Shown here: in pieces, positions 1 to 8,603 of the stretch
How positions within the stretch are numbered: the stretch's first letter is position 1
How the letters are laid out: each line of letters starts with the position of its first letter
Assembly (NCBI GenBank): GCA_964291235.2
Contig: OZ219815.1
Location: forward strand, 1,024,001-1,088,000
From: Vicinamibacteria bacterium
GTDB lineage: Bacteria > Acidobacteriota > Vicinamibacteria > Marinacidobacterales > Marinacidobacteraceae
DNA length: 64,000 nucleotides
Direction: 5' to 3'
Notes under the pieces: model-generated
Told to the model about the DNA's origin: nothing
Seen by the model: the letters and a program-made list of their open reading frames with translations, nothing else
Database searches by the model: none
Program-made: the position numbers and the translations under genes

Positions 1-3000
1 GCCTGGCCGGGAAGCCCCAGCGCTCGCCGGTAGGCGGCCAGTTGATCCAGGAATGCGTTGGCGGCGGCATGGTTTGCCTGTCCCGGGTTCCCCAGGGTGC
101 CGGCAACGCTGGAGAAGAGCACGAACAGGTCCAGATCCCGGTCCGCGGTCGCCCGGTGCAGGTGCCAGCTACCGAGAACCTTGGGCCAGAGAACTCGTTC
201 GAAGTCGGCCCAGGTCTGATTCCCGAGGGCGCGGTCCGACAGCACGCCGACACTGTGGATCACGCCTGCCAGGGGCGGCAGGTTGGCGTCGATGCGAGTC
301 AGCATCGCGTCCACGGCGGCTGCGTCGGTGACGTCGGCGATTTCGACCCGAATGTCCACTCCTCGCCGCCCAAGCTGGCCGATCACCCGTTTGGCCGCGG
401 GGTCTGGAACCCGGCGGCCGTTGAGCACGATCGCTCCGGCGCCCTTGTCCGCCAGCCAACCGGCGAGCGCGCAGCCGATTCCGCCGAGCCCGCCAGTCAC
501 CAGGTAGGTCCTGTCGCTCCTCAGCCGGCCGCCCCTCAAAGAGGGGGCGGTGAACACGATCTTGCCCAGGTGACGCGCCGCCTGCATGAATCGCATTCCG
601 GCGCGTGCTTCCGCGAGGGGCCAACGGCTGTGGATCAGAGGGGTGATCTCGCCGGCCGCGAACTGCCGCATCACGCGCCGGAGAGCGTCTCCGGGTATCG
701 CCGGGCGGTTCTCCTTCAGGTCATCCAGTTCCAGGATGGAATAGGCGACGTCCGGCCGGGCGGCGGCCATTTCCTCCTCGGTCAGGATGCCGCGCCGGGA
801 GAGCTCGACGAACCGGCCGCCTTCGGCCAGACACAACAGGCTGGCTTCGACAAAGCCCTCCCCGGTCAGGCTGTTCACCACCACCTGGACCCCCTGGCCG
901 CCGGTGGCTTCCAGAGTCTCGCTGCCGAAGTCGGTTCGGCGGCTGTCGAACACGTGTTCCACTCCGAGCAACCGCAGAAAATCCTGCTTGGGCGCGCTGG
1001 CAGTGGCAAAGACCTCGGCTCCGGCAGCCTGTGCCAGCTGGATCGCGGCGAGACCGACGCCGCCGGCTCCGGCATGAATCAGGACGCGTTCGCCGGCCTT
1101 CAGTTCGGCAAGGTCATAGGACAGCTGCGCCGATACGAATGCGGTTGGCAGGGTGGCGAGTTCGGAGGCCGGCACGTCCGGCGGCGCCGGCGTCACCATT
1201 TCCTCATGGGTAGTGACCTCGGCACCGAAAGTGCCGAAGGCCAGTCCCACGATCCGGTCCCCCGCTGATACCGCGGAGACATCCTCGCCAACTTCGAGAA
1301 CCCGGCCGCACATCTCTCCGCCCAGGAGCCCCTCCGGAATGAAGCCGATCGAGCGGAAGACGTCCCAGAAATTGAGCCCGGTGGCATCGATCGCGACGCG
1401 AACGTCCCGCGGTCCCAGGGATCGCCGCGGCATCGGTTCGGGATGGAGTTTTTCGAGTGCGCCGCCCGGATCGGGAGTGAGTAGCCAGTCCGGTCCCTCG
1501 GGCACCGGCAGCCGCTCCTCACCGGCGCCGGCCCGGACGAGACGCGCCACCCGCCGGCGCGCTTCCCGGTAGGCAACCTGGGTTTCCGGGTCGGGGAAGA
1601 GCAGCTCTTCCGCAAGGTCCGGCATCGGGACCGGACGTTCGGGATCGAGGTCGAGCATCCGGGGTAGGAGGTGGGGCGCTTCCCGGGCCACCACCTTGCC
1701 GAGTCCCCAAAGGGTTGCGCCGACCACTTGACCGCCGCGTTCCTTTTCCAGGACCTGGGCGCCGCGGGTGATGAACCACACGCCCTTGGCGGGCCTCAGG
1801 TCGGCGTCCACGAGCGCCTGCGCGAGGGCGAGGGCGCTGCCCGTGACGTGGCGGACGGCCTTGGCCATCGCATCCGTCGGGGCGTCCGGTCCGTCCAGCG
1901 CCGCGAGATGCACGATTCCGTTCAGCGGCAGGTCTCCCGGTAGGGTCGCGAGCAGGGAACCCCATGATTCCCGTTCCCGGAAGTCCACGGATCTCCTCTC
2001 GATCCCGGACTTTCCGGTTTCCCCGGCGGCGCCTTGCTCGGCGAGGACGACGGTCTGGTTCCGGCCCGTGAGTTCGATGGCGAGCTCCGCCGCCACGCCG
2101 CCGCAGTCAGCCGCCACCACCCAGACGCCGCCCGGCAGGGTCACCTCCGCCGGGCCCGCCGCCATGATGATCCCCCGGTCGGGTGGGCGGGCGCCTTCCG
2201 AATCGTCCACGCCGAGAAACTCGATCGCTCCGAAGCCGGCGTCCCCAAGCGCCCGGCGCCAGATCGGGGGGCCCGACAACGCGTGGCGCGGGCGGTACCG
2301 GTCGGCAAACCGCCACCAGCCATCGAGTTGTCCGAACGTCAGATCCAGCCAACCCTGACCGCGCAGATTCTCGAGCGCCACAAGTTGTCCCGACGGCGCT
2401 AGCAGCGCCCCGCAATGGGCGAGCGTTTCGTCGAGGTACCGGGTGGCGTGCAACACGTTGGACGCGATCAGCAGGTCGTAGCCGTGAGGGTCGAAGCCCT
2501 GCGCGACGGGTTCTTTTTCGATGTCGAGCACCCGGTACTCGATTGCACCGTTGCCGTCTCCGAAGCGCGCCTCCGCCTCCGCGAAGAAGCCCGCGGAGAT
2601 GTCCGTGTACACGTAGCGGAGACGACCCCCGGGCAACTCCGGCAGGACCGACGCCGTCGCGGATCCGGTGCCGGCCCCGACTTCGATCACCCGAAGATCT
2701 CGGTCGTCCGGCAACCCGGCCACGAGTGCCCGGATGGCATCTCCGAGCATCCGGTTGGCGGCTCGTGCTACCGGCGCCTTCAGATAGAGGTCGGCGGCGG
2801 TCGGCTCGCCGCTGCTGAATAGCAGGGTCAGCGGGTCAGCGCGCCCACGCAGTACTTCGGGAAGAGCTTCGGCGCTGCGCCGGAACAGTCCGATTTCCGT
2901 CGTCCCGTGCGCGTAGGCGCCGGCCATGTGTGTAGCGAACTCCCCCGGATCGGCCGGAAGATCCACCGGCAGCGGATCTCCCGATTCCAGGGTCACCCGA

Positions 3001-6000
3001 AAACCGTCACCGCATTCCTCGACAAGTCCGGACCGGGCAAGCATTTCCAGCATCCGCCGAAAGAGGCGGGTGTGATTCGGAGTGACCTTGAGCCTTTGCC
3101 GCAGGTCTTCCGGGTCCACCACCGCGCCCGTCCGGCGCTCCCAGCCGAGCTGATCCAGCGTCCGGACGGCGTACGACCCGGCCAGCCGTTCCAGATCGTC
3201 GAGGAGCGCCGCTCTGGAGTCCGCCCCGACGTCTTCGGCGGCCAGGTACTGCACGAACGTCTTCGATCCTGCCCGCACGGCCCGCGGGTCCGGCAGGAAG
3301 TCCGCGGCCGGCATGGCCGGGGTCCTGGTGCCGTCGCGCCAGACAACTTCGTAGAGGAGGTCGTCCAGCCCTTCGACGGCGGCCAGCAGGCTGGCTCGCG
3401 TCGCCCGTTTGATCGTGTACCCGTCGAGGCCGCCGAGCGGGACCCCGTTCCTGTCGTAGATGCGCAGATCCGCGCTCAGGACTTCAGGGAGATCGCCAAG
3501 TTCACTGCCCGGCCGGCCTCCGTCGGATTGCCTCGAGCGGACGTGACACCAGACGCTCTCCGGCCAATCTCCCGTGCGCCAGAGCCGCTCCCAGGCAAAC
3601 GGCAGATAGGTAACGCCGTCTTCGCTCGCCGCCGTTCGGCGGGCGGCGGCCATCGCCTGGAAGCACCCGTCCAGCAGCAGCGGGTGCATCTCGATTCCAG
3701 CGAGATCGATGTCCGCTGGCAGCGTAATCTCGGCGAGGGCCTCATTCGGCCCGGACCACAGCCCCCGAAGCGTCCGAAACGACGAACCCAGGCCGATCCC
3801 GATTGCCGCCTTCCCGCGGTAGAAGGCGGAGATGTCCTCGAGCGCCAGCCGGTTCTTGAGGTCTTCGGGATCGATGCGCGGCGCCGCGGACGCACCAGCC
3901 TCACCGGGGGTCGCCACGCCCTCGGCGTGCAGGGTCCACTCGCCGCCGTCCGCTCGGCTCAGGACGCGAACCCGCCGAGACGTCCCCTCCGCGGCCTGAT
4001 CGAGGACCACTTGAAGCCGGCGGGAATCGTCGTCGCCCTCTGCCAGGATCAGCGGGTTGTGGAGCTGGAAGTCCCCGATCCCCAGCATTTCTTGCATTCT
4101 TGAAGACGATGCCGAGACCGCCATGGCCCCGTAAAGGGCCCCCGGCGCGACCAGTCGGTCGAAGACCCGGTGATCGCCCAGCCACGGGGGATTGGTTGCC
4201 GCGACCTCCGTCTCGAAGCCCAGTTCGCCGCTGGCCGACTGGTGGCGGGTTCCCAACAGGGGGTGGCTATCCCGGAGTCGGCGGCGTTTGGCCGGCTTGA
4301 TCCAATGGCGTTCGCGCTGGAACGGATACCCGGGGAGCGGGACCCGACGTCGGGATTCACCCGCGAAGAGCCCCGGAAAGGAGATGGGCAAGCCTGCCTC
4401 GTAAGCGGTCGCCACCGCCCGGACAAAGGAACCTTCAGCGTCTTTCGGCGTTTCGCGTGAGGGCCGCCGCAGGCTGGAGACCACGACCGGAGCTCCATCG
4501 CCCCCCGTTGATTCCGGCCACGCCAGGGACGCCATGGGACCGAGCACGGCGTGGGGGCCGATCTCCACGACGGCGCGGACGCCCATTGCGGCCAGCGTCT
4601 CCACACAGCGCCGAAACTCCACCGGTTCCCGGGTCTGTCGGCGCCAATACCTTCCGTCCAGCGGCCGGTCGGGAGCCCGGACCCGGCCGTCCAGGTTGCT
4701 CACGAACGGAATCGATGGCGGTGCGATGGGAATCTTCGCGAGCGCGGCCTCCAGATCGTCGAGCGCCGGGTCCAGCATCGCGCTGTGGTAGGCGGGGCTC
4801 TTCCTGAGCCGCCGCACCCGGATGTTCCGACGGTCGAAGCGTTCGAGGATTGCCTCGACCTCGTCCGCCGGGCCGCTCACGATCTGGTGTGCACCGTTGT
4901 CCGCGGCGACGCTCAGCCCGAATCCCGAGATCCGGGCGTTTTGTTCCGCGACGGCCGCGGCCACTTCGGACCGGGGCGCGAAGATCGCACCCATGCGGCC
5001 TGCACCGGGTACTGCTCCGATCAACTCGCCCCGGACGGCCGCGAACCGGAGTCCGTCCGCCAACGAGAAGACCCCGGCGGCCTGTGCGGCCGCAAGTTCT
5101 CCGAGGCTGTGGCCAAGGACTACCCCGGGCCGGATTCCCAGGCTCGACCACAGCCCCGTCAGCGCGCACTCCAGCGCGTAGATCGCCGGCTGCTTCCACG
5201 CCGGGTCGTCCAGCTCCGGAGGCGGATCCCCCCGGCCGAACATGGCGTCGAGCAGGGACGCTCCCCTTCGTTCCTCAAAAAGCCTGTCGCAGTGGTGCAG
5301 GATGGCCCGAAACACCGGCTCGGTCCGGTAGAGATCCTCACCCATCCCCACCCACTGGCTCGCCTGTCCGGTGTAGAGGAACGCGACCTTGGGGACTGTC
5401 TGGCCGGGAGCATCAGGCCCGGTTGACCCGCCCGCCCCGGCGATCTCCGCAAGGCGCTGCCGCAGCGACGCCGCATCGCGGAACACCACCCCCGCACGGC
5501 GGCTGAAATGGTTGCGCCCGACTCCCGCCGTCCACGCCAGATCGGCGAGCGGCCCGTCGCCGTCGTTATCGCGTCCACTCTGATCATCCAACCAGGCCAG
5601 AAACCCCTCGGCAATTTCACGGAGGGAGTCTTCCGACTTCCCTGACAGGGGCAGAAGGCGCATGATCCGCGGCTGTAGTGCGGGGCCGGCAGGCAACGGA
5701 TCCGGCACCGATTCCGGCTTTTGGACCGCGATGCGGCGCGCGGCGCCGGAGGGCCAACCGGCGTTCCCGGGACCGCCGGTGGTGCCGTTCGGCGGTGGGT
5801 ATCCCTCAACCACCAGATGGGCGTTGGTGCCGGACCACCCGAACCCACTGACACCCGCGCGCGGTGGGCGATCCAGATGGACCGGCCAGTCCGTTTCCGC
5901 CGCCGTCACCCGGAGGGGCAGGCGCTCCCAATCCATCGTCGGGTTCGGATTTCGGAAATGCAGGTGCCTCGGGATGACGCCATGCCGCATCGCCAGCACG

Positions 6001-7127
6001 ACCTTGATCAATCCGGCGACCCCCGCCGCCGATTCGAGATGACCGAAGTTGGTCTTCACGGAACCGATCAGGAGCGGCCGGTCGGCGGGGCGGCCCGTTC
6101 CGTAAGCCGCCCCAGCCGCCTCGATCTCGATCGGGTCGCCGACCTCGGTCCCCGTTCCGTGGGCTTCGAGGTAGTCCACGTCGATCGGCTGGATCCCGGC
6201 TTGAGCCAGGGCCTCCCCGATCACGCTCTCCTGCGCTTTGGGATTGGGCACCGTGAGCCCCGCGCTCGCTCCATCCTGATTTACCGCCGAGCCGCGGATC
6301 ACGCCCCAGATCCGGTCACCGTCGGCCTCCGCGTCCCGAAGTCGTTTGAGTACCACGATGCCGCAGCCTTCGCCCCGGACGTAGCCGTTGGCCGAGGCGT
6401 CGAAGGTCTTGCAGCGTCCGTCCGGAGACAGCATCCCGGCGTTGCCGCGCAGTTCGAGCAACCGACCGGACAGGATCGTGTGCACCCCTCCGGCAAGGGC
6501 GAGATCGGCGTCACCCCGCTGGAGGTCGGCGATGGCCTGGTGGGCTGCGACCAGGGAGGAGGAGCACGCCGTGTCGAGCGCCAGCGCCGGCCCCTGAAGG
6601 CCTAGTGCGAAAGCAACCCGGCCAATGGCGGTGTTAAAGGAGGTGCCGGTGACGCTGTAGAGGCTCGCCGCGGGCTCCGCCGTCTCGTCCGCCTCCAGAA
6701 TCAGGCCGCGGTACTCGTTGTTGCTGATTCCGGCATAGACGCCCGTGCGGGAGCCCTCCAGCCGATCGGGGGCGATCCCGGCGTCTTCCAGCGCCTGCCA
6801 ACTGACCTCCAGCATGAGACGCTGCTGCGGATCCAACCGTTCGGCCTCGGCCGGGGAGATGCGGAAGAAGGCGGCATCGAACCGGTCCAGATCGTCCAGG
6901 TAGGCGCCGAACCGGCAGGCCTCGTTCTGGACCCCGCCGTCGGGGAAGAGCTGCCCTACCCGCCCAACGTCGGACCCCGGAACGCCCTCGGTGACCGCGT
7001 CGGTGCCCGTTGCCAGCAGCCGCCAGAAGGAGGGAATGTCCGGTGCGCCGGGGAACCGGCACGCCACGCCGATGATGGCGATGGGTTCGCGCAGGCGTGA
7101 CGCCGGACCGGGGGTTGTCCTGGGAAT
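1..7127 (-). CDS. Highly reducing type I polyketide synthase (KS-AT-DH-cMT-ER-KR...), SupA-like; runs off the left edge of the window
   Basis: Not in the ORF track, apparently because no stop falls in the window. Motifs read by hand on the minus strand: EPIAIIG (~7085), DTACSSS (~6570), HGTGT (~6155), KTNFGHLESAAG (~6045), AT GHSLG (~5110) and AYHS (~4790), DH WLGDHRVF (~4175), cMT VIEVGAGTGS (~2680), ER LIHAGAGGVG (~1070), KR YLVTGGLGGIG (~500). The start, KS, ER and KR positions were checked and share one frame. Start placed at ATT 7127 behind a perfect AAGGAGGT. Confidence 0.95.
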   Translation of the reverse strand, partial: MPRTTPGPASRLREPIAIIGVACRFPGAPDIPSFWRLLATGTDAVTEGVPGSDVGRVGQLFPDGGVQNEACRFGAYLDDLDRFDAAFFRISPAEAERLDPQQRLMLEVSWQALEDAGIAPDRLEGSRTGVYAGISNNEYRGLILEADETAEPAASLYSVTGTSFNTAIGRVAFALGLQGPALALDTACSSSLVAAHQAIADLQRGDADLALAGGVHTILSGRLLELRGNAGMLSPDGRCKTFDASANGYVRGEGCGIVVLKRLRDAEADGDRIWGVIRGSAVNQDGASAGLTVPNPKAQESVIGEALAQAGIQPIDVDYLEAHGTGTEVGDPIEIEAAGAAYGTGRPADRPLLIGSVKTNFGHLESAAGVAGLIKVVLAMRHGVIPRHLHFRNPNPTMDWERLPLRVTAAETDWPVHLDRPPRAGVSGFGWSGTNAHLVVEGYPPPNGTTGGPGNAGWPSGAARRIAVQKPESVPDPLPAGPALQPRIMRLLPLSGKSEDSLREIAEGFLAWLDDQSGRDNDGDGPLADLAWTAGVGRNHFSRRAGVVFRDAASLRQRLAEIAGAGGSTGPDAPGQTVPKVAFLYTGQASQWVGMGEDLYRTEPVFRAILHHCDRLFEERRGASLLDAMFGRGDPPPELDDPAWKQPAIYALECALTGLWSSLGIRPGVVLGHSLGELAAAQAAGVFSLADGLRFAAVRGELIGAVPGAGRMGAIFAPRSEVAAAVAEQNARISGFGLSVAADNGAHQIVSGPADEVEAILERFDRRNIRVRRLRKSPAYHSAMLDPALDDLEAALAKIPIAPPSIPFVSNLDGRVRAPDRPLDGRYWRRQTREPVEFRRCVETLAAMGVRAVVEIGPHAVLGPMASLAWPESTGGDGAPVVVSSLRRPSRETPKDAEGSFVRAVATAYEAGLPISFPGLFAGESRRRVPLPGYPFQRERHWIKPAKRRRLRDSHPLLGTRHQSASGELGFETEVAATNPPWLGDHRVFDRLVAPGALYGAMAVSASSSRMQEMLGIGDFQLHNPLILAEGDDDSRRLQVVLDQAAEGTSRRVRVLSRADGGEWTLHAEGVATPGEAGASAAPRIDPEDLKNRLALEDISAFYRGKAAIGIGLGSSFRTLRGLWSGPNEALAEITLPADIDLAGIEMHPLLLDGCFQAMAAARRTAASEDGVTYLPFAWERLWRTGDWPESVWCHVRSRQSDGGRPGSELGDLPEVLSADLRIYDRNGVPLGGLDGYTIKRATRASLLAAVEGLDDLLYEVVWRDGTRTPAMPAADFLPDPRAVRAGSKTFVQYLAAEDVGADSRAALLDDLERLAGSYAVRTLDQLGWERRTGAVVDPEDLRQRLKVTPNHTRLFRRMLEMLARSGLVEECGDGFRVTLESGDPLPVDLPADPGEFATHMAGAYAHGTTEIGLFRRSAEALPEVLRGRADPLTLLFSSGEPTAADLYLKAPVARAANRMLGDAIRALVAGLPDDRDLRVIEVGAGTGSATASVLPELPGGRLRYVYTDISAGFFAEAEARFGDGNGAIEYRVLDIEKEPVAQGFDPHGYDLLIASNVLHATRYLDETLAHCGALLAPSGQLVALENLRGQGWLDLTFGQLDGWWRFADRYRPRHALSGPPIWRRALGDAGFGAIEFLGVDDSEGARPPDRGIIMAAGPAEVTLPGGVWVVAADCGGVAAELAIELTGRNQTVVLAEQGAAGETGKSGIERRSVDFRERESWGSLLATLPGDLPLNGIVHLAALDGPDAPTDAMAKAVRHVTGSALALAQALVDADLRPAKGVWFITRGAQVLEKERGGQVVGATLWGLGKVVAREAPHLLPRMLDLDPERPVPMPDLAEELLFPDPETQVAYREARRRVARLVRAGAGEERLPVPEGPDWLLTPDPGGALEKLHPEPMPRRSLGPRDVRVAIDATGLNFWDVFRSIGFIPEGLLGGEMCGRVLEVGEDVSAVSAGDRIVGLAFGTFGAEVTTHEEMVTPAPPDVPASELATLPTAFVSAQLSYDLAELKAGERVLIHAGAGGVGLAAIQLAQAAGAEVFATASAPKQDFLRLLGVEHVFDSRRTDFGSETLEATGGQGVQVVVNSLTGEGFVEASLLCLAEGGRFVELSRRGILTEEEMAAARPDVAYSILELDDLKENRPAIPGDALRRVMRQFAAGEITPLIHSRWPLAEARAGMRFMQAARHLGKIVFTAPSLRGGRLRSDRTYLVTGGLGGIGCALAGWLADKGAGAIVLNGRRVPDPAAKRVIGQLGRRGVDIRVEIADVTDAAAVDAMLTRIDANLPPLAGVIHSVGVLSDRALGNQTWADFERVLWPKVLGSWHLHRATADRDLDLFVLFSSVAGTLGNPGQANHAAANAFLDQLAAYRRALGLPGQ

Positions 7128-7154
7128 AGCGTGTACCTCCTTGTTCGACGCGAT

Positions 7155-8586
7155 TCAGGGCGGGATTGTCGTCGAAGTATTCCCGACCCCGGAATTCGGG
7201 TTCGACCTGGAGACGATCAGGAATCGCTCGGCGACGAGCCAGGAAAGCGCCGCCCGCACCGCCGGTTCCGGGGGCCGGGAACACCTCCAGCGCTCGGCGG
7301 ATGCCGCCCAGGGCAACAGCGGTGCGGAACAGTTCCGCCAGGGCGATACCCGCGACCTTGTGCGCCGGCCGGAAGCGGCCGGGCCGGACCACCACCTCGG
7401 CGGGAACGATCCAGTCGCGCCGCAGGACTCCCCGGGTTTCGACTCGGGATCCGGAGGCCGGGGAAAGCCGGCCGTCCGCGGGGAGTCGCGCGGGTGCGGC
7501 CGGCGGGTCCGCCGGTCGGGCGCGACGCCGCCAGAACTCCCGCTCCCCGAACCGCGCTTCCTCGGCGTAGAAGCCGGCGATCCGCTCTTCGGTTTCGAGC
7601 GCCAGGCCCCTCTCTTTCGCGGCGTGAAATGAAAGGGCCGAACCGGCGTCCGAGGGGCGGGTGAGCGCCGTGCGCAGCACCACTGCCCCGGTCAGTCCGG
7701 AATCCATGGCCTTCATGGTTCCGAGGCCCGAAAGGGGATCGAGCGCGCTGGCGGCGTCGCCGACTGCCAGGACCAGCGGTGACTTCGCCATTGCCCCGCT
7801 TCTCAGCGCGTACGGGGTTACGTCCGCGGCCCGGACCGGGGTGAGCCGGTCCCCCGACACGAATCCGGCAAGGTCCACGCTGCGCATGGCCTCCCGGAAA
7901 CGCTCCTCCGGCTGGCCGGTGGCGTCCTCGGCGTCGAGCATGACCGTCACGTCCCGTCGGCCTCCGACCACCGGAGCGCTCCAGACCCAGCCATCGGGGA
8001 AGGACTGGATCAGGGTTCCCTCCCGTTTGCCGGGAGCGAAGTGCGCGGTCAGCGCGGTCGTCCTCCAGGCGGGCCATTCGCGATCCTGCCGGGTGAGGAG
8101 GCCGCTTCTCCCGGACGCATCGACGAGGGCTCGGGCGTTGATCCGCAGATCGTCTTCGTCTGGTCGCCGAACCGCCAGCGCCGTTTCCCCATCTAGCGGG
8201 CCGGCGGTAGCGGACCCTTCGACAATCCGCGCTCCGGCGGCGCGGGCTTCGGAAAGCGCCCAGTCGTCGAGTCGGTCCCGCCGGACCAGCCGCTGTCCCT
8301 CGCCCGCGCCGGCCTCCGGCTGGGCGGCGAGCCGTTCTTCGCGGCCCCCCCAGCGGACGAAGTGGTCCCGCGGGCGCGCCGCGTACACGGATTCCGGGAT
8401 TTCGAGTCCGTAGGAGCCGAGGAGGCGCGGGGCGGACGCCGAGAGGCTCTCGCCGAGATGCTGCCGGTTCCGCCGGGGCTGGTGGATGACCACCACCCGC
8501 AGGCCGAAGACGGACAGCTGGCGGGCGGCCAGCGCGCCGGCGGGACCCCCGCCGATGACCGCTACCTCGGCAACCAGGGGGGACAC
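7155..8586 (-). CDS. FAD-dependent oxidoreductase (halogenase/QhpG/LodB-like flavoprotein); apparent 1-nt frameshift near 7272
   Basis: VAVIGGGPAG, GESL, LVDASGR, WVWSAP and VGDAASALDPLSGLG motifs. Removing one base from the G5 run at ~7270-7274 gives a natural end (PEPAVRAALSWLVAERFLI...) with a stop at 7155, instead of reading about 490 nt into the PKS. Confidence 0.8.
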
Positions 8587-8603
8587 GGTGTCCCGGGATC
8601 TGG

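Noticed and set aside
6634-7154. C-terminal extension of the 650-aa ORF 6634-8586
   Set aside because: It is Arg/Gly-rich off-frame sequence overlapping the PKS KS domain and is explained by a frameshift at ~7272.
7155-8586. Firm call as a flavin-dependent halogenase
   Set aside because: WxWxIP is only partly matched (WVWSAP) and I cannot identify the catalytic Lys; GESL also fits QhpG/LodB-like monooxygenases.
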